Source of the DNA: Thermoplasmata archaeon | GTDB taxonomy: Archaea; Thermoplasmatota; Thermoplasmata; Lutacidiplasmatales; UBA184 | NCBI GenBank assembly: GCA_030037395.1 | Contig: JASHRJ010000036.1 | Span: 25,690 to 89,689 of the forward strand | Reading direction: 5' to 3' | DNA length: 64,000 nucleotides | Shown here: positions 8,913 to 18,251 of the stretch, piece by piece | How positions within the stretch are numbered: the first letter of the stretch is position 1 | Layout of the letters: every line of letters begins with the position of its first letter | The notes under the pieces: model-generated | Database searches by the model: none | The model's input: the letters and a program-made list of their open reading frames with translations, nothing else | Told to the model about the DNA's origin: nothing | Translations under genes and position numbers: made by a program

Positions 8913-9785
8913 GTGGGGGGGATCTCCGGCCTCCCGGTGGTGGACCACCACTGCCACCTCGCGCCGTCCGGGGAGGGGGTGGGGGCGGTGCGCCGGTTCC
9001 GCGCCGCGGGCGGTACCCACCTGTTCTTGGCGACCCAGAACTACGAGCCGAGGGTGCCCCTCGACCTGGAGGACTATCGGCGACAGTTCGAGACCACCGA
9101 GCGGCTCGCGCGCGACGTCCGGGAGGACGCCGGCGTCGGGGTCCTGGTGGTCGTGGCGCCGTACCCTGTCGACCTGGTCGGAGCGGCCGCGACGCTGGGC
9201 GTGGACGGTGCGCTCGAGGTCCATCGTCGGGCGCTCGACCTCGCGGGCCGTTGGGTCCGGGAGCGCCGGGCGGTCGCCCTCGGGGAGGTGGGATGGCCGC
9301 ACTTCGAGGTGGCCCCGGACCTTGCGGCCGCGAGCCGGCAGGCGTTTCGCCATGCGCTGCAGGTGGCCCGCGACGCGGACTGCCCGGCGGTCGTGCATTC
9401 GCCGGACCTGGATGCGGCGGGATGGAGCGAACTGGAGGCCGAGGCGCAGCGGGCCGGGCTTGCGCCCCGGCGCCTCGTGAAGCACTACGCCCGGGCCCGA
9501 CGGGCCCCCGAGCCCGGCGCCGGGGTCGTGCCCTCCTACCTCGCCCGGAAGGAGCTGTTCGAGCAGGTTCTCCCGGACCCGGGACCCTGGTTCTTGGAAA
9601 CGGACTTCCTCGACGACCCGCGGAGGCCCGGGGCGGTCCTGGACCTGGCGACCGTGCCCCGTCGCGCCGCGGCCGCCGTGCGCCGATCGCCGAGTGCCGT
9701 CGAGCTCCTCGCCGGTCCGTTTCTCCGCTCCGTCGAAGAGGTGTATCGTCTCCGGCTCGATCCCGAGGGAGGCGTGCGGGCATGA
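8913..9785 (+). CDS. TatD-family metal-dependent hydrolase
   Basis: VVDHHCHL, GEVGWPHFE, VVHSPD and LETDFL match TatD/amidohydrolase motifs. Its stop overlaps the tmk start. Confidence 0.7.
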   Translation: MGGISGLPVVDHHCHLAPSGEGVGAVRRFRAAGGTHLFLATQNYEPRVPLDLEDYRRQFETTERLARDVREDAGVGVLVVVAPYPVDLVGAAATLGVDGALEVHRRALDLAGRWVRERRAVALGEVGWPHFEVAPDLAAASRQAFRHALQVARDADCPAVVHSPDLDAAGWSELEAEAQRAGLAPRRLVKHYARARRAPEPGAGVVPSYLARKELFEQVLPDPGPWFLETDFLDDPRRPGAVLDLATVPRRAAAAVRRSPSAVELLAGPFLRSVEEVYRLRLDPEGGVRA

Positions 9786-10450
9786 CGAGCCCCCCGCCCC
9801 GCGCGGGGTGGCTGATCGCGATCGAGGGGATCGACGGGGCCGGGAAGTCCACGCTGCAGCGGGCGCTCGCGCGGGGGCTCCGACGGCGGGGGTTTGCGGT
9901 GAGACTACGGCGCGAGCCAACGGACGCGACGCTCGGCCGCCTCGCGCAGCAGGCAGGTGTCGACGACCCGTGGACGGGGGCGGTGTACTTCACGGTGGAC
10001 CGGCACCTGGCCGCCGAACGGTTGCGCCGCGACCTCCGGCGGTACGATGTCGTGCTCACCGACCGTTCGTTCTACTCGACGCTCGCCTACCAGGCAAGTC
10101 GTCTGCCGCGTCGGGAGCGGGTCCGGCTCGAGCAGCTGCAGCGCCAGGCGACCGTAGTCCCCGACCGGGTACTCCTCCTGGACCTCCCCTCGTCCTGGAT
10201 GACCCGTCGCCTAGCCCGCCGGGCGAAGGTCCGGGGTCCGCTCGAGCGGAGCCGTTCGCTGGCGAGCGTGGCCCGCGCCTATCTCGCCCTCGCCCGACGC
10301 CACCGCTGGATCGTCCTAGACGCCCGTCGCCCCCGGCGCGAGCTCGCGGCCGCTGCGGTTCGGGCCCTCGGGCCGCTGCCGGGCCCGCGCCGGCGTCGGC
10401 CCGGAGGGAAGACGCTAAGCGCCCGAGCCGGACCGAGAGGGTCCCGATGA
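9782..10450 (+). CDS. tmk: thymidylate kinase
   Basis: The P-loop reads IAIEGIDGAGKST, followed by a DRH/DR..S lid region. ATG at 9782 overlaps the TatD stop as ATGA. Confidence 0.88.
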   Translation: MTSPPPRAGWLIAIEGIDGAGKSTLQRALARGLRRRGFAVRLRREPTDATLGRLAQQAGVDDPWTGAVYFTVDRHLAAERLRRDLRRYDVVLTDRSFYSTLAYQASRLPRRERVRLEQLQRQATVVPDRVLLLDLPSSWMTRRLARRAKVRGPLERSRSLASVARAYLALARRHRWIVLDARRPRRELAAAAVRALGPLPGPRRRRPGGKTLSARAGPRGSR

Positions 10451-11604
10451 GCCCGGCGTCCCGCCTCCTGCTCCGCGAGGAGACCCTCGACCCGTCGTTC
10501 GTCCCGCCGAAGCTCCCGCACCGCGAGACGGAGCTCTCGCTGCTGCTCCGACGGTACCGGGAGGCGCTGGGCAAGGGGCTGCCGTACCACCTTCTCCTCA
10601 CCGGCGGGGTGGGGAGCGGCAAGACGGTCCTCGCGCGCCGGCTCGCCGCAGACCTCGACCGGGCGGGCCGCCTGGGCGAGTACCCGACCCACGCGACCTA
10701 CGTCAACTGCTGGCGCCGGGCGAGCGACCGTACGGTGATGCTCGACCTGCTCCGGGGGGTGGGCGTGTCGCTGCCGGACCGCGGCTACAGCCTCTCGGAG
10801 ATGCTCGACGTCTTCGAGCAGGGCCTTCGGCGGTCGCCCGCGCACCACCTGATCTTGCTGGACGAGGCGTCGGCGCTCGTGCGGCAGGGCACGAAGCTCG
10901 TCTACCTGCTCTCCCGAGGCCGGGAGGTAGGGCTCGGCTCGATCTCGCTGGTCCTCATCGCCGCCGAGGACCTCCTGCCGCACCTGGACGCGGCGAGCCG
11001 CTCCAGCTTCGGGGTGACCCACCGGATCGCGCTCGCGCCGTACGACCGCGAGGCGCTGGTCGACATCCTCGAGGCCCGGGCCGCCCTCGCGCTCCGGGCC
11101 GGGAGCTTCGAGCGCGAGGTCCTCGACCAGATCGCGCGGATCGCCTCCTCCAACGGGGACGCGCGGTTCGCGCTCGAGGTGCTGGCGAACGCGGCGCGGG
11201 CCGCCGAGGACGAAGGGGCGGGCCAGCTTACCGCCGAGCACGTTCGGCGCGCGAAGGGATCGATCCTGCCGACGATGACCGAAAGCCACCTCGAGGAGCT
11301 GTCCACCCCCGAGCTGGGGGTCCTGCTCGCGCTCTCTCGCTCGCTGAAAGGCAAGGGTGCGAGCGCCCCGAGCCAGAAGGTGCGGCGGGCGCACGCCGCC
11401 TTGCTGGAGGAGCTCGGGGGGGCCCCGATGAGCCGGACGACGTTCTGGCGGACGCTCAAGGAGCTCGAGCGGGACGGGCTGGTCACGCTGGACGTCGGCG
11501 CCTCCGGCGAGTCGAGCCAGCTCGCGATGGACGAGCTCCCGGCCAGCCTGCTCGCCACGCTCCTCGAGGAGCGGCTGGCGAGGCCGCGCGGCCGGAAAGC
11601 CTAA
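10447..11604 (+). CDS. cdc6: Orc1/Cdc6 replication initiator
   Basis: AAA+ Walker A is LLTGGVGSGKT. A C-terminal winged helix follows. ATG at 10447 overlaps the tmk stop as ATGA. Confidence 0.93.
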   Translation: MSPASRLLLREETLDPSFVPPKLPHRETELSLLLRRYREALGKGLPYHLLLTGGVGSGKTVLARRLAADLDRAGRLGEYPTHATYVNCWRRASDRTVMLDLLRGVGVSLPDRGYSLSEMLDVFEQGLRRSPAHHLILLDEASALVRQGTKLVYLLSRGREVGLGSISLVLIAAEDLLPHLDAASRSSFGVTHRIALAPYDREALVDILEARAALALRAGSFEREVLDQIARIASSNGDARFALEVLANAARAAEDEGAGQLTAEHVRRAKGSILPTMTESHLEELSTPELGVLLALSRSLKGKGASAPSQKVRRAHAALLEELGGAPMSRTTFWRTLKELERDGLVTLDVGASGESSQLAMDELPASLLATLLEERLARPRGRKA

Positions 11605-11630
11605 AACGCGCGGGTCGGTCGGAAGCGCCG

Positions 11631-12548
11631 ATGCTCACCGCCGAGGCCAGCCCGGGTCCTCCGGAGGCAGGGCCGCGGCTCCCGCCATGGATCCGGGTCC
11701 GTCCGCCGCACGGCTCGGCGTACCCCCAGGTGCGGCAGATCCTCGAGGGTCTCCGCCTCGGGACCGTCTGCCGCGAAGCCCGGTGCCCGAACCTCCCGGA
11801 GTGCTGGTCGGCCGGCGCGGCCACCCTCATGCTCCTCGGCACCGAGTGCAGCCGGCGCTGCGGGTTCTGCGCCGTCACCACCCGCTGGTCCCGGGGGGCG
11901 ATCGACCGCACCGAGCCGGCCCGCGTCGGCGAGGCGGTGCGACGGTGGGGCCTCCGGTACGTCGTGCTCACCCAGGTCTGCCGCGACGACCTCGCGGACG
12001 GAGGCGCCTCGGTGCTCGCCGAGACCGTGCGGGAGATCCGACGGCAGAGCCCCGGCACGCGCGTAGAGCTGCTCATCGGCGACCTGGGCGGGGACGCGAC
12101 CGCGCTCGCCACGGTGCTCGAGGCCGAGCCCGACGTGCTGGCGCACAACCTGGAGACGACCCGCGAGCTCTCGCGGGCGGTCCGCGACCGCCGCGCGGGC
12201 TACGACCGGTCGCTCGGGGTGCTCCGGGCGGCGCGCGCGCGCGGGGGCCCGGGGCAGGTCACCAAGAGCTCGATCATGCTCGGGCTGGGGGAGACCGAGC
12301 CGGAGCTCGCGCAGGCGTTCGCCGACCTTCGGGACTGCGGGGTCGACCTCCTGACCCTCGGTCAGTACCTTCGGCCCACCGCCCAGCACGTCCCGGTCGC
12401 GAGGTTCGTCCCTCCCGAGGAGTTCGACCGCCTCCGCGTCCGGGCCGAGCTGGCGGGGTTCGCCGGCGTCGAGGCCGGACCGCTCGTCCGGAGCTCCTAC
12501 CACGCCGAGGAGCTGTACCGTCGGGCGATCGCCGTCCGGAGCCGGTGA
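11631..12548 (+). CDS. lipA: lipoyl synthase
   Basis: CPNLPECW together with CSRRCGFCAV. The radical-SAM CxxxCxxC and LipA N-terminal cluster motifs are both present. Confidence 0.93.
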   Translation: MLTAEASPGPPEAGPRLPPWIRVRPPHGSAYPQVRQILEGLRLGTVCREARCPNLPECWSAGAATLMLLGTECSRRCGFCAVTTRWSRGAIDRTEPARVGEAVRRWGLRYVVLTQVCRDDLADGGASVLAETVREIRRQSPGTRVELLIGDLGGDATALATVLEAEPDVLAHNLETTRELSRAVRDRRAGYDRSLGVLRAARARGGPGQVTKSSIMLGLGETEPELAQAFADLRDCGVDLLTLGQYLRPTAQHVPVARFVPPEEFDRLRVRAELAGFAGVEAGPLVRSSYHAEELYRRAIAVRSR

Positions 12549-12551
12549 GCT

Positions 12552-12908
12552 GTGGCGAAGAAGGTCCGTCGCAAGCCGGACGAGGCCGAGGAGGAGGAGG
12601 CGTTCGAGTTCCCGGTGTTCGACGAGGCCGGGTTCGCCGCCAAGGAGTTCGAGCTGACGACCGCGGTGGCGATCGGCGCGGGGATCGCCGTGGTCCTCGG
12701 GGCGCTCGCCTGGCTCGCCACCGCCGCCGGCCTCCCGTGGTACCTTCCGTTCGGACTCGGGTTCCTCGTCGTGATCTTCAGCCCGTACCTTCTCGGCCGG
12801 CTCCGCCGCGGCTCGTCGGCCTATACGAAGGGGGACTGGGCCGGGGTCCTCGCCCTCGAGTTCTTCGGGTTCCTCGCGCTGTGGTTCCTGCTGGTCAACC
12901 TCACGTAG
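12552..12908 (+). CDS. small membrane protein (118 aa)
   Basis: An acidic N-terminus is followed by two or three hydrophobic helices. GTG start 4 nt after lipA. Confidence 0.5.
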   Translation: MAKKVRRKPDEAEEEEAFEFPVFDEAGFAAKEFELTTAVAIGAGIAVVLGALAWLATAAGLPWYLPFGLGFLVVIFSPYLLGRLRRGSSAYTKGDWAGVLALEFFGFLALWFLLVNLT

Positions 12909-14322
12909 CCCCCCCGTCCGCACGCGCCGGCCAGGGGAGCCGCTTCCGGAACAGCGCGCGGAGCGCTTCGAGAAGCGCCGGCGACTCCGCGGCCTCCTCG
13001 AGCGACTCGACCCGGAACCCGAGCGCACCGGAAAGGTGACGGCCCAGCGCGAGGCGCGGGAGCCGCTCGCGCAGGAACGCCTCGGCGTCCCGGTCCGTCT
13101 CCAGGGTCTCCACGCCCAAGCTCCCGTCGGGGCGGACGTACGGCCCCTGGAGGACCTCGGGCCGCTCCGGCGGCCAGGTCGCGAGGAAGTCGCCGGTGCG
13201 ATCGATGCCGGCCGGGGGTCCGTCACGCCGGCGCACGAGGGGCCGGGTCCGCTCGGCAAGCTCCAGGGCGAGCACCACCCGCTCGGCGTCGGCCGCGCTC
13301 GCGCTGCCGAGCACCCGGAAGCCGGCGCGCCCGAGCTCGTCGGCGATCGCCCGCTCGGCCTTCCGCAGCTGCGGGTAGAGCGTGTCGTCGACCAGCTCGG
13401 GCTTGGGCCGCACGACGACGACCGCGTGCGTCTCCCGACGGCGCACCTCGCGCCGCGCGGCGTCCAGCGGGAACGCGTCCGGGGGCCGCGGCCGGAACCA
13501 GCCGGCCTCCGGCCGCTCGAGGTAGGCGCCGGCCGCGACCACCAGCGTGGCGAGGTTGCGGCGGGAGAGCGCGCTCGCCACGTTCCGGTTCGGGTCGACC
13601 GGATCGGCCAGCACGAGGGCCACCTCCGACGGCAACCGCGGGGGCTCCCGCTCGGCCGGCGTAAGGCGGACCGGGATGCGCCAGGCGCGGGCGGCCCTCA
13701 GGAGGGCGCGGAACGAGCCGTGCTCGAGGACCAGCAGCTCGAGGAGGTAGCCGGAGAACCCCTCGGTCCGCGCCTCCGAGCCGTAGATGCCGAGCGTCCG
13801 AAGGAACTGCTTGGCCAAACGCACCTCGGCGACGAGCGCGGGGGTCTCGCGCGCGGCGAGGTACGCCTGGTGGAACGGGGTCCGGTCCACCGGCGACCGC
13901 GGGCGGGAGGGATCGTCGACCGCGAACCCCGGGACCGCGTCGACCGCGAACCCCTCGAACGTTCCGCGCAGGTACGGATGGTCGGCGTACTTCACGGTCG
14001 CCTCGGCAAGGACGGCCCGGCCCAGCGCGAGCCCCTCCTCCTTCAGGCGCTCGTCCGGCAGGTCCGGAGGGAAGAGGAGGAACAGGTCGACGTCCAGGCG
14101 GTCGCTGAGGAACGTGCCCCGGGCAGCGCTGCCGGCGACGAGCGCCCGCACGAGCGGGCTGCTCCGCTCCCGCGCCGCGGCCTCGACCTGCGCGACGAGA
14201 CGGCGGCGCGTCGCGGCAAGGCGGTCGAGGAACTCGGCCGACGGCGCCAGCTCGCGGGCGACCTCCGCCTCGACGCGCGACGCGCGGGCGTCGGCCGACT
14301 CGCCGGCAGGAACGACCATCAC
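12901..14322 (-). CDS. cca: CCA-adding tRNA nucleotidyltransferase (archaeal class I)
   Basis: The nucleotidyltransferase motif is GSAARGTFLSDRLDVDLFLLF. The size of 473 aa fits. Confidence 0.8.
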   Translation of the reverse strand: MMVVPAGESADARASRVEAEVARELAPSAEFLDRLAATRRRLVAQVEAAARERSSPLVRALVAGSAARGTFLSDRLDVDLFLLFPPDLPDERLKEEGLALGRAVLAEATVKYADHPYLRGTFEGFAVDAVPGFAVDDPSRPRSPVDRTPFHQAYLAARETPALVAEVRLAKQFLRTLGIYGSEARTEGFSGYLLELLVLEHGSFRALLRAARAWRIPVRLTPAEREPPRLPSEVALVLADPVDPNRNVASALSRRNLATLVVAAGAYLERPEAGWFRPRPPDAFPLDAARREVRRRETHAVVVVRPKPELVDDTLYPQLRKAERAIADELGRAGFRVLGSASAADAERVVLALELAERTRPLVRRRDGPPAGIDRTGDFLATWPPERPEVLQGPYVRPDGSLGVETLETDRDAEAFLRERLPRLALGRHLSGALGFRVESLEEAAESPALLEALRALFRKRLPWPARADGGAT

Positions 14323-14420
14323 CGGGGACGGGGGTCCCGCGGAGAGATGAACCTTCGTCTTCGAACGCCGCTCCGGCGAGCCTAAACGGAGGTGGGGGCG
14401 TACCCTGGGGGAGGAGCCGG

Positions 14421-15491
14421 ATGCCGACGGTCGTGGCGCCGGCGCAGGTCGCCACGCTCTACGAGCCCCAGCCGGGCGGCAAGGTCCGTTGCACCGCGTG
14501 CGCGCGGTACTGCACCATGCCGGAAGGCTCGCACGGCTTCTGCTTCGTGCGCAAGAACGTCGGGGGCCGGCTCGTGCTGCTCAGCTACGGGCGGGCCTCC
14601 GCGGTCCAGGTGGACCCGGTCGAGAAGAAGCCGCTGGCGCACTTCCGGCCGGGCTCGCGCGTCTTCTCGATCGGCACCGTCGGCTGCAACTGGCGGTGCC
14701 AGTACTGCCAAAACGCGGAGATCTCCCAGGAGCGCGAGATCGTCGGGCGCCCGCTCTCGCCGGAGGACGCCGTGCGGTCCGCCCAACGGTACGGCTGCGC
14801 CGGGGTCACGTTCACCTACAACGAGCCGACGATCTTCGCGGAGTACGCTCTGGACATCGTCCGGGAGGCCCATCGGGCCGGGCTGTTCGCGAACTTCGTG
14901 ACGAACGGCTATCTTACTCCGGAGGCCACCCAGCTGCTCGGACCTCACCTGGACGCGGTCAGCGTCGACTTCAAGGGGAGCGGCGAACCCGGCTTCATGC
15001 GCCGGTACATCAGCGCGAAGGGCCCCGAGCCGATCTTCGAGACCACGGTCGATCTGGTCCGCCGGGGCGTCCACGTCGAGATCACCGACCTCATCGTCCC
15101 GGAGGTGGGGGAGTCGGTCGACGCCACGCGAACGCTCGCGCGCCATGTTGTCGACCGGCTCGGCCCTTCGACGCCGTTCCACCTGCTGCGGTTCCACCCG
15201 GATTACCACATGATGGATCTGCCCGTGACGCCGGTGCCGACGCTCGAGAAGCTTCACGCCGTGGCGAAGGCGGAGGGTCTCGAGTACGTCTACCTCGGGA
15301 ACGTGTGGGGCCACCCGCTCGAGCACACGTACTGCCCGGGGTGCGGGGCCGTTGCCGTGCGACGCTACGGCTTCACCATCCAGCGGTGGGCCCTGGACGC
15401 GCAGAACCGGTGCGGGCGGTGCGGCCACAGGATCCCGATCGTCGGCCGGCCCCCCGACGACTACCTCCCGACGCTCGCGACGCCGGTCTAG
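14421..15491 (+). CDS. radical SAM enzyme (PFL-activase-like / AmmeMemoRadiSam-type)
   Basis: CNWRCQYCQN (CxxxCxxC), an N-terminal CTACARYC pair and a C-terminal CPGCG...CGRCGH pair. Confidence 0.85.
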   Translation: MPTVVAPAQVATLYEPQPGGKVRCTACARYCTMPEGSHGFCFVRKNVGGRLVLLSYGRASAVQVDPVEKKPLAHFRPGSRVFSIGTVGCNWRCQYCQNAEISQEREIVGRPLSPEDAVRSAQRYGCAGVTFTYNEPTIFAEYALDIVREAHRAGLFANFVTNGYLTPEATQLLGPHLDAVSVDFKGSGEPGFMRRYISAKGPEPIFETTVDLVRRGVHVEITDLIVPEVGESVDATRTLARHVVDRLGPSTPFHLLRFHPDYHMMDLPVTPVPTLEKLHAVAKAEGLEYVYLGNVWGHPLEHTYCPGCGAVAVRRYGFTIQRWALDAQNRCGRCGHRIPIVGRPPDDYLPTLATPV

Positions 15492-15558
15492 GGCCCGGGG
15501 GCCGGCCGGGGTCCGGCGCGGCCGCTGAACGGTTAGCTGTATCTGGGGGGACCCCAGA

Positions 15559-16278
15559 GTGCCGGAGCGTCCCGCCGTGACGACCAACCTGCGGATCAGC
15601 CTCGCCATCCTCACGTTGGGGTTCGGCATCGAGGGGATCGGGGAGCTCTACTCGTTCGTCTCGCACGGCGCGTTCCGTCCCGGGGAGAGCCTGTTGTTCG
15701 TCGCCCCGGTCGCCACGACGCTCGCCGGCCTCCTCTTCGTCTGGGTGGGCCAGCACGAGTGGAACGAGCTCCACCGCAGCCGGGTGCGCCAGGCCCACGC
15801 CGTGTTCGCGGCGAGCCTGCTCGGCGCGGTGGTCGCGGGGGCCGTGGTCGGGCTCCTGGTGGCCCGGCCCTCCCTCGGGGTCCCGCCCTGGGCGGAGCTC
15901 CTCTTCGGCGCCGCGGTCGGCTCGCTGGTGCTGGGCACGTTCGTCACGTACGCCCTCCTCGTCTTCCACCTCGTCCCTCGCCCGAGCCAGGCGGCGCTCC
16001 TGGGCGCCATCGGATGGGCCCTGGTGGTCTCCGCCTTGGTCGGGCTCGCGATGGGCACGCACCTGGGGACGCTCCTCGGCCTGGTCTCGAGCCGCAGCCT
16101 CAGCATCCCCGGGTTCGTCGGGCCGATCGAGTCGATCGGCTCGTACCTGTTCGTCTCGTACTTCCTCCTCCTCGCGGCGTACCTGGACGCCCATCGGACG
16201 GTGGCGGCCGGGCTCCCCGCGCGGCGGGCGTCCGCCCCGGGCCCCGGCGGGAAGGGCCCCGCCGGCCCAGCCCCGTAG
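15559..16278 (+). CDS. hypothetical membrane protein
   Basis: Six hydrophobic helices with a W/F/Y-containing composition. The overlapping 440-aa minus ORF is Arg/Gly/Pro junk. Confidence 0.55.
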   Translation: MPERPAVTTNLRISLAILTLGFGIEGIGELYSFVSHGAFRPGESLLFVAPVATTLAGLLFVWVGQHEWNELHRSRVRQAHAVFAASLLGAVVAGAVVGLLVARPSLGVPPWAELLFGAAVGSLVLGTFVTYALLVFHLVPRPSQAALLGAIGWALVVSALVGLAMGTHLGTLLGLVSSRSLSIPGFVGPIESIGSYLFVSYFLLLAAYLDAHRTVAAGLPARRASAPGPGGKGPAGPAP

Positions 16279-16304
16279 TCCTGCGCCGACGCGTCGGCGC
16301 CCGC

Positions 16305-16751
16305 TCAGGGAGGCGACGGCGTGCCGGGCCCCTCCGGGCGCCGGCCCTGAGGCGAGCTCGGGTCCGGTGCCCGGCGGTCGAGTTCGCCCCGGATGAACGC
16401 GGTCGGCGCACCGATGAGCCAGAAGATGTTGCCGTCCGGGTCCGCGAACTTCGCGCGAGCTCCCCCCGGTCCGACGCTCATCGGCTCCGCGAAGACGACC
16501 CCGGCCGCCTCCATCCGGCGGACGCGGGGCTCGAGATCGTCGGAGACGAACGCGATGCCGGTGTTGCCGGGTTCCGGCTTCTCGAAGCCCTCGCAAAGGT
16601 GGATCACGAACCGGTCTCCCGGCGGGGCGACGACCACGGCGTGCGGGCCGTTCCCGACCGTATGCACGGCAAATCCCACCTTTTCGGTCCACCAACGGGC
16701 GGAGGCCTTGGCGTCGGTCACGGCGACAGCACAGTCCGCGAGCGCGATCAT
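16305..16751 (-). CDS. VOC (glyoxalase/bleomycin-resistance) family protein
   Basis: Starts MIALADCAVAVTDAKASARWWTEKVGF. Pattern is glyoxalase-like. Start set at 16751, with a TATA box upstream. Confidence 0.75.
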   Translation of the reverse strand: MIALADCAVAVTDAKASARWWTEKVGFAVHTVGNGPHAVVVAPPGDRFVIHLCEGFEKPEPGNTGIAFVSDDLEPRVRRMEAAGVVFAEPMSVGPGGARAKFADPDGNIFWLIGAPTAFIRGELDRRAPDPSSPQGRRPEGPGTPSPP

Positions 16752-16782
16752 CGGTCCCTCGCTTCGAGGGACGGCGCGGGCC

Positions 16783-16792
16783 CTATAGGGGC
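16783..16792 (-). promoter_or_regulatory. TATA box (cctatagggg)
   Basis: A palindromic TATA element about 32 nt upstream of the VOC start at 16751. Confidence 0.45.
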
Positions 16793-16925
16793 GCTCCGGA
16801 GGTGGTGAAACGGGGGGCGCCGTCCGGCGCGCGGGTCGCCGGGGGTCCCGGCGCACCCGCCGCGAACGCCGCCCGGGTCCGACCGCCCCCAGGCTTGATA
16901 TCGCCCGAGCCAGCTACCCGGCTCC

Positions 16926-17594
16926 ATGGCCGGCTCTCCGCGGCGTCGCCTGTCGATGGAGGACTTTCGTCCGACCACCCTGGACGAGGTCGTCGGCCAA
17001 CCGGTGGCGGTAGCCCGGCTCCGACGGATCCTCGCCGGCGCCCGGAACGGGACGGTCGTCCCCCCGCACCTCCTGCTGCACGGCCCCCCCGGCACCGGCA
17101 AGACCGCTGCCGCCCGGGCGTTCGGCCGGGAGGCGCTCGGCGAGAACTACGAGGCCAACTTCAGCGAGCTGAAGGCGTTCGACGACCGGGACCACGCGAG
17201 CTTGCAACGGATCGTGGTGGCGTCAAGGTCGCCGCCTCCCGGAGGAGCGCCGTTCCGGATCATCTTCTTCGACGAGCTGGAGGCGCTCTCGCCCGACGCG
17301 CTGAACGACCTGAGGCCCGCGATGGAGGGGGAGGGCGGCTGGTCGGTGTTCGTTCTCGCCTGCAACGAGCTGGGCGGCCTCGCCCGGGCGCTGCAGTCCC
17401 GGTGCACGGTCCTCGAGTTTACGCCGGTCGCCCCGGACGACCTCCGACGCATCGTCACCCTCGCGCTCGCGAGGACGCCGTTCCGCCTCGACGCCGAGAC
17501 GATCGACTCGATCGTCGAGCGCGCGAAGGGGATCCCGCGCGAGGCGATCAAGCTCCTGCTGGAAGAGGGGGGCTCGCGAACCGTCGCCGGGTGA
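16926..17594 (+). CDS. replication factor C small-subunit-like AAA+ ATPase, truncated (no collar domain)
   Basis: FRPTTLDEVVGQ, HGPPGTGKT, IIFFDELEAL, the SRC motif QSRCTVLEF and sensor-2 GIPREAIKLL are all present. It stops at 222 aa, about 100 aa short of a full RFC. Confidence 0.8.
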   Translation: MAGSPRRRLSMEDFRPTTLDEVVGQPVAVARLRRILAGARNGTVVPPHLLLHGPPGTGKTAAARAFGREALGENYEANFSELKAFDDRDHASLQRIVVASRSPPPGGAPFRIIFFDELEALSPDALNDLRPAMEGEGGWSVFVLACNELGGLARALQSRCTVLEFTPVAPDDLRRIVTLALARTPFRLDAETIDSIVERAKGIPREAIKLLLEEGGSRTVAG

Positions 17595-18169
17595 CGGGGT
17601 GGGCTTCGTGCCTCACCCGCTGCTCGCCCCGGCGTCGGCGGCAGCTGCGCGTCGCTCTCGAGGAGTTCCCGGGCGTCGCCGGGGGAGGACCCGGGCCCTC
17701 CCGGCGATCGCGGGAGCCTCCGCTCGAGGCGGTCCATCTCCTTCGCGAGCCACTCGAACTCCCGGAAAATCGGCGGGGCCCCGCCCTCCTGCCGCCATCG
17801 TGCCAGGAGGTCCTCCGGCTGCCGTAGCAGCGGGTAGTACGACGTCACCCACGTGCCGAAGGCGTTCCACACCATGCGCGGCTCGAGCGCCTTGCTCCGC
17901 GCCAGGAATCCAATCTGCTCGAAGAGGATCGGGACCTCCCAGGTGTCGGTCTCCTCGCCCCGCGGCGGTCGGAGCAGCCAGGCGCTCGGCTCGCGCCGGG
18001 CCGGACGCATGCGAGGGCTGTAGAACCGCTCCCCGAGCTCCAGGACGGTCGAAGCGGAGGACAGCCGTTGCCTCTGCCGCCGCTTCCGGCAAGCGGACGC
18101 AAGGGTGCCTCCCACCAGGACCCACGTCCCGATCACGGTCGCCCAGATCGCGGTACCGAGCCCGTTCAC
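17147..18169 (-). CDS. hypothetical N-terminally membrane-anchored protein; only the 5' ~190 codons look genuine
   Basis: The N-terminal TM helix and W/F/Y-rich region (EVPILFEQIGFLARS...FREFEWLAKEMDRLERR) look real. The 3' 450 nt are antisense to the RFC-like gene and low-complexity, so the true end is uncertain. Confidence 0.3.
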   Translation of the reverse strand: MNGLGTAIWATVIGTWVLVGGTLASACRKRRQRQRLSSASTVLELGERFYSPRMRPARREPSAWLLRPPRGEETDTWEVPILFEQIGFLARSKALEPRMVWNAFGTWVTSYYPLLRQPEDLLARWRQEGGAPPIFREFEWLAKEMDRLERRLPRSPGGPGSSPGDARELLESDAQLPPTPGRAAGEARSPPRHPATVREPPSSSRSLIASRGIPFARSTIESIVSASRRNGVLASARVTMRRRSSGATGVNSRTVHRDCSARARPPSSLQARTNTDQPPSPSIAGLRSFSASGESASSSSKKMIRNGAPPGGGDLDATTIRCKLAWSRSSNAFSSLKLAS

Positions 18170-18251
18170 GGCGACCGCGGACCGCGACGGCCGGTAGGGG
18201 CCCTACGGAGAGCCTCCGCCCCGGGTCGCTACGAAGGCGGGGCGAGTCCGG

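Noticed and set aside
8317-10059. 580-aa and 483-aa minus ORFs antisense to tbp/tatD/tmk, and the 596-aa plus ORF 8660-10450
   Set aside because: Low-complexity Arg/Pro/Gly translations. The sense-strand genes have clear family motifs. In the 596-aa plus ORF only the C-terminal tmk portion (from 9782) is real.
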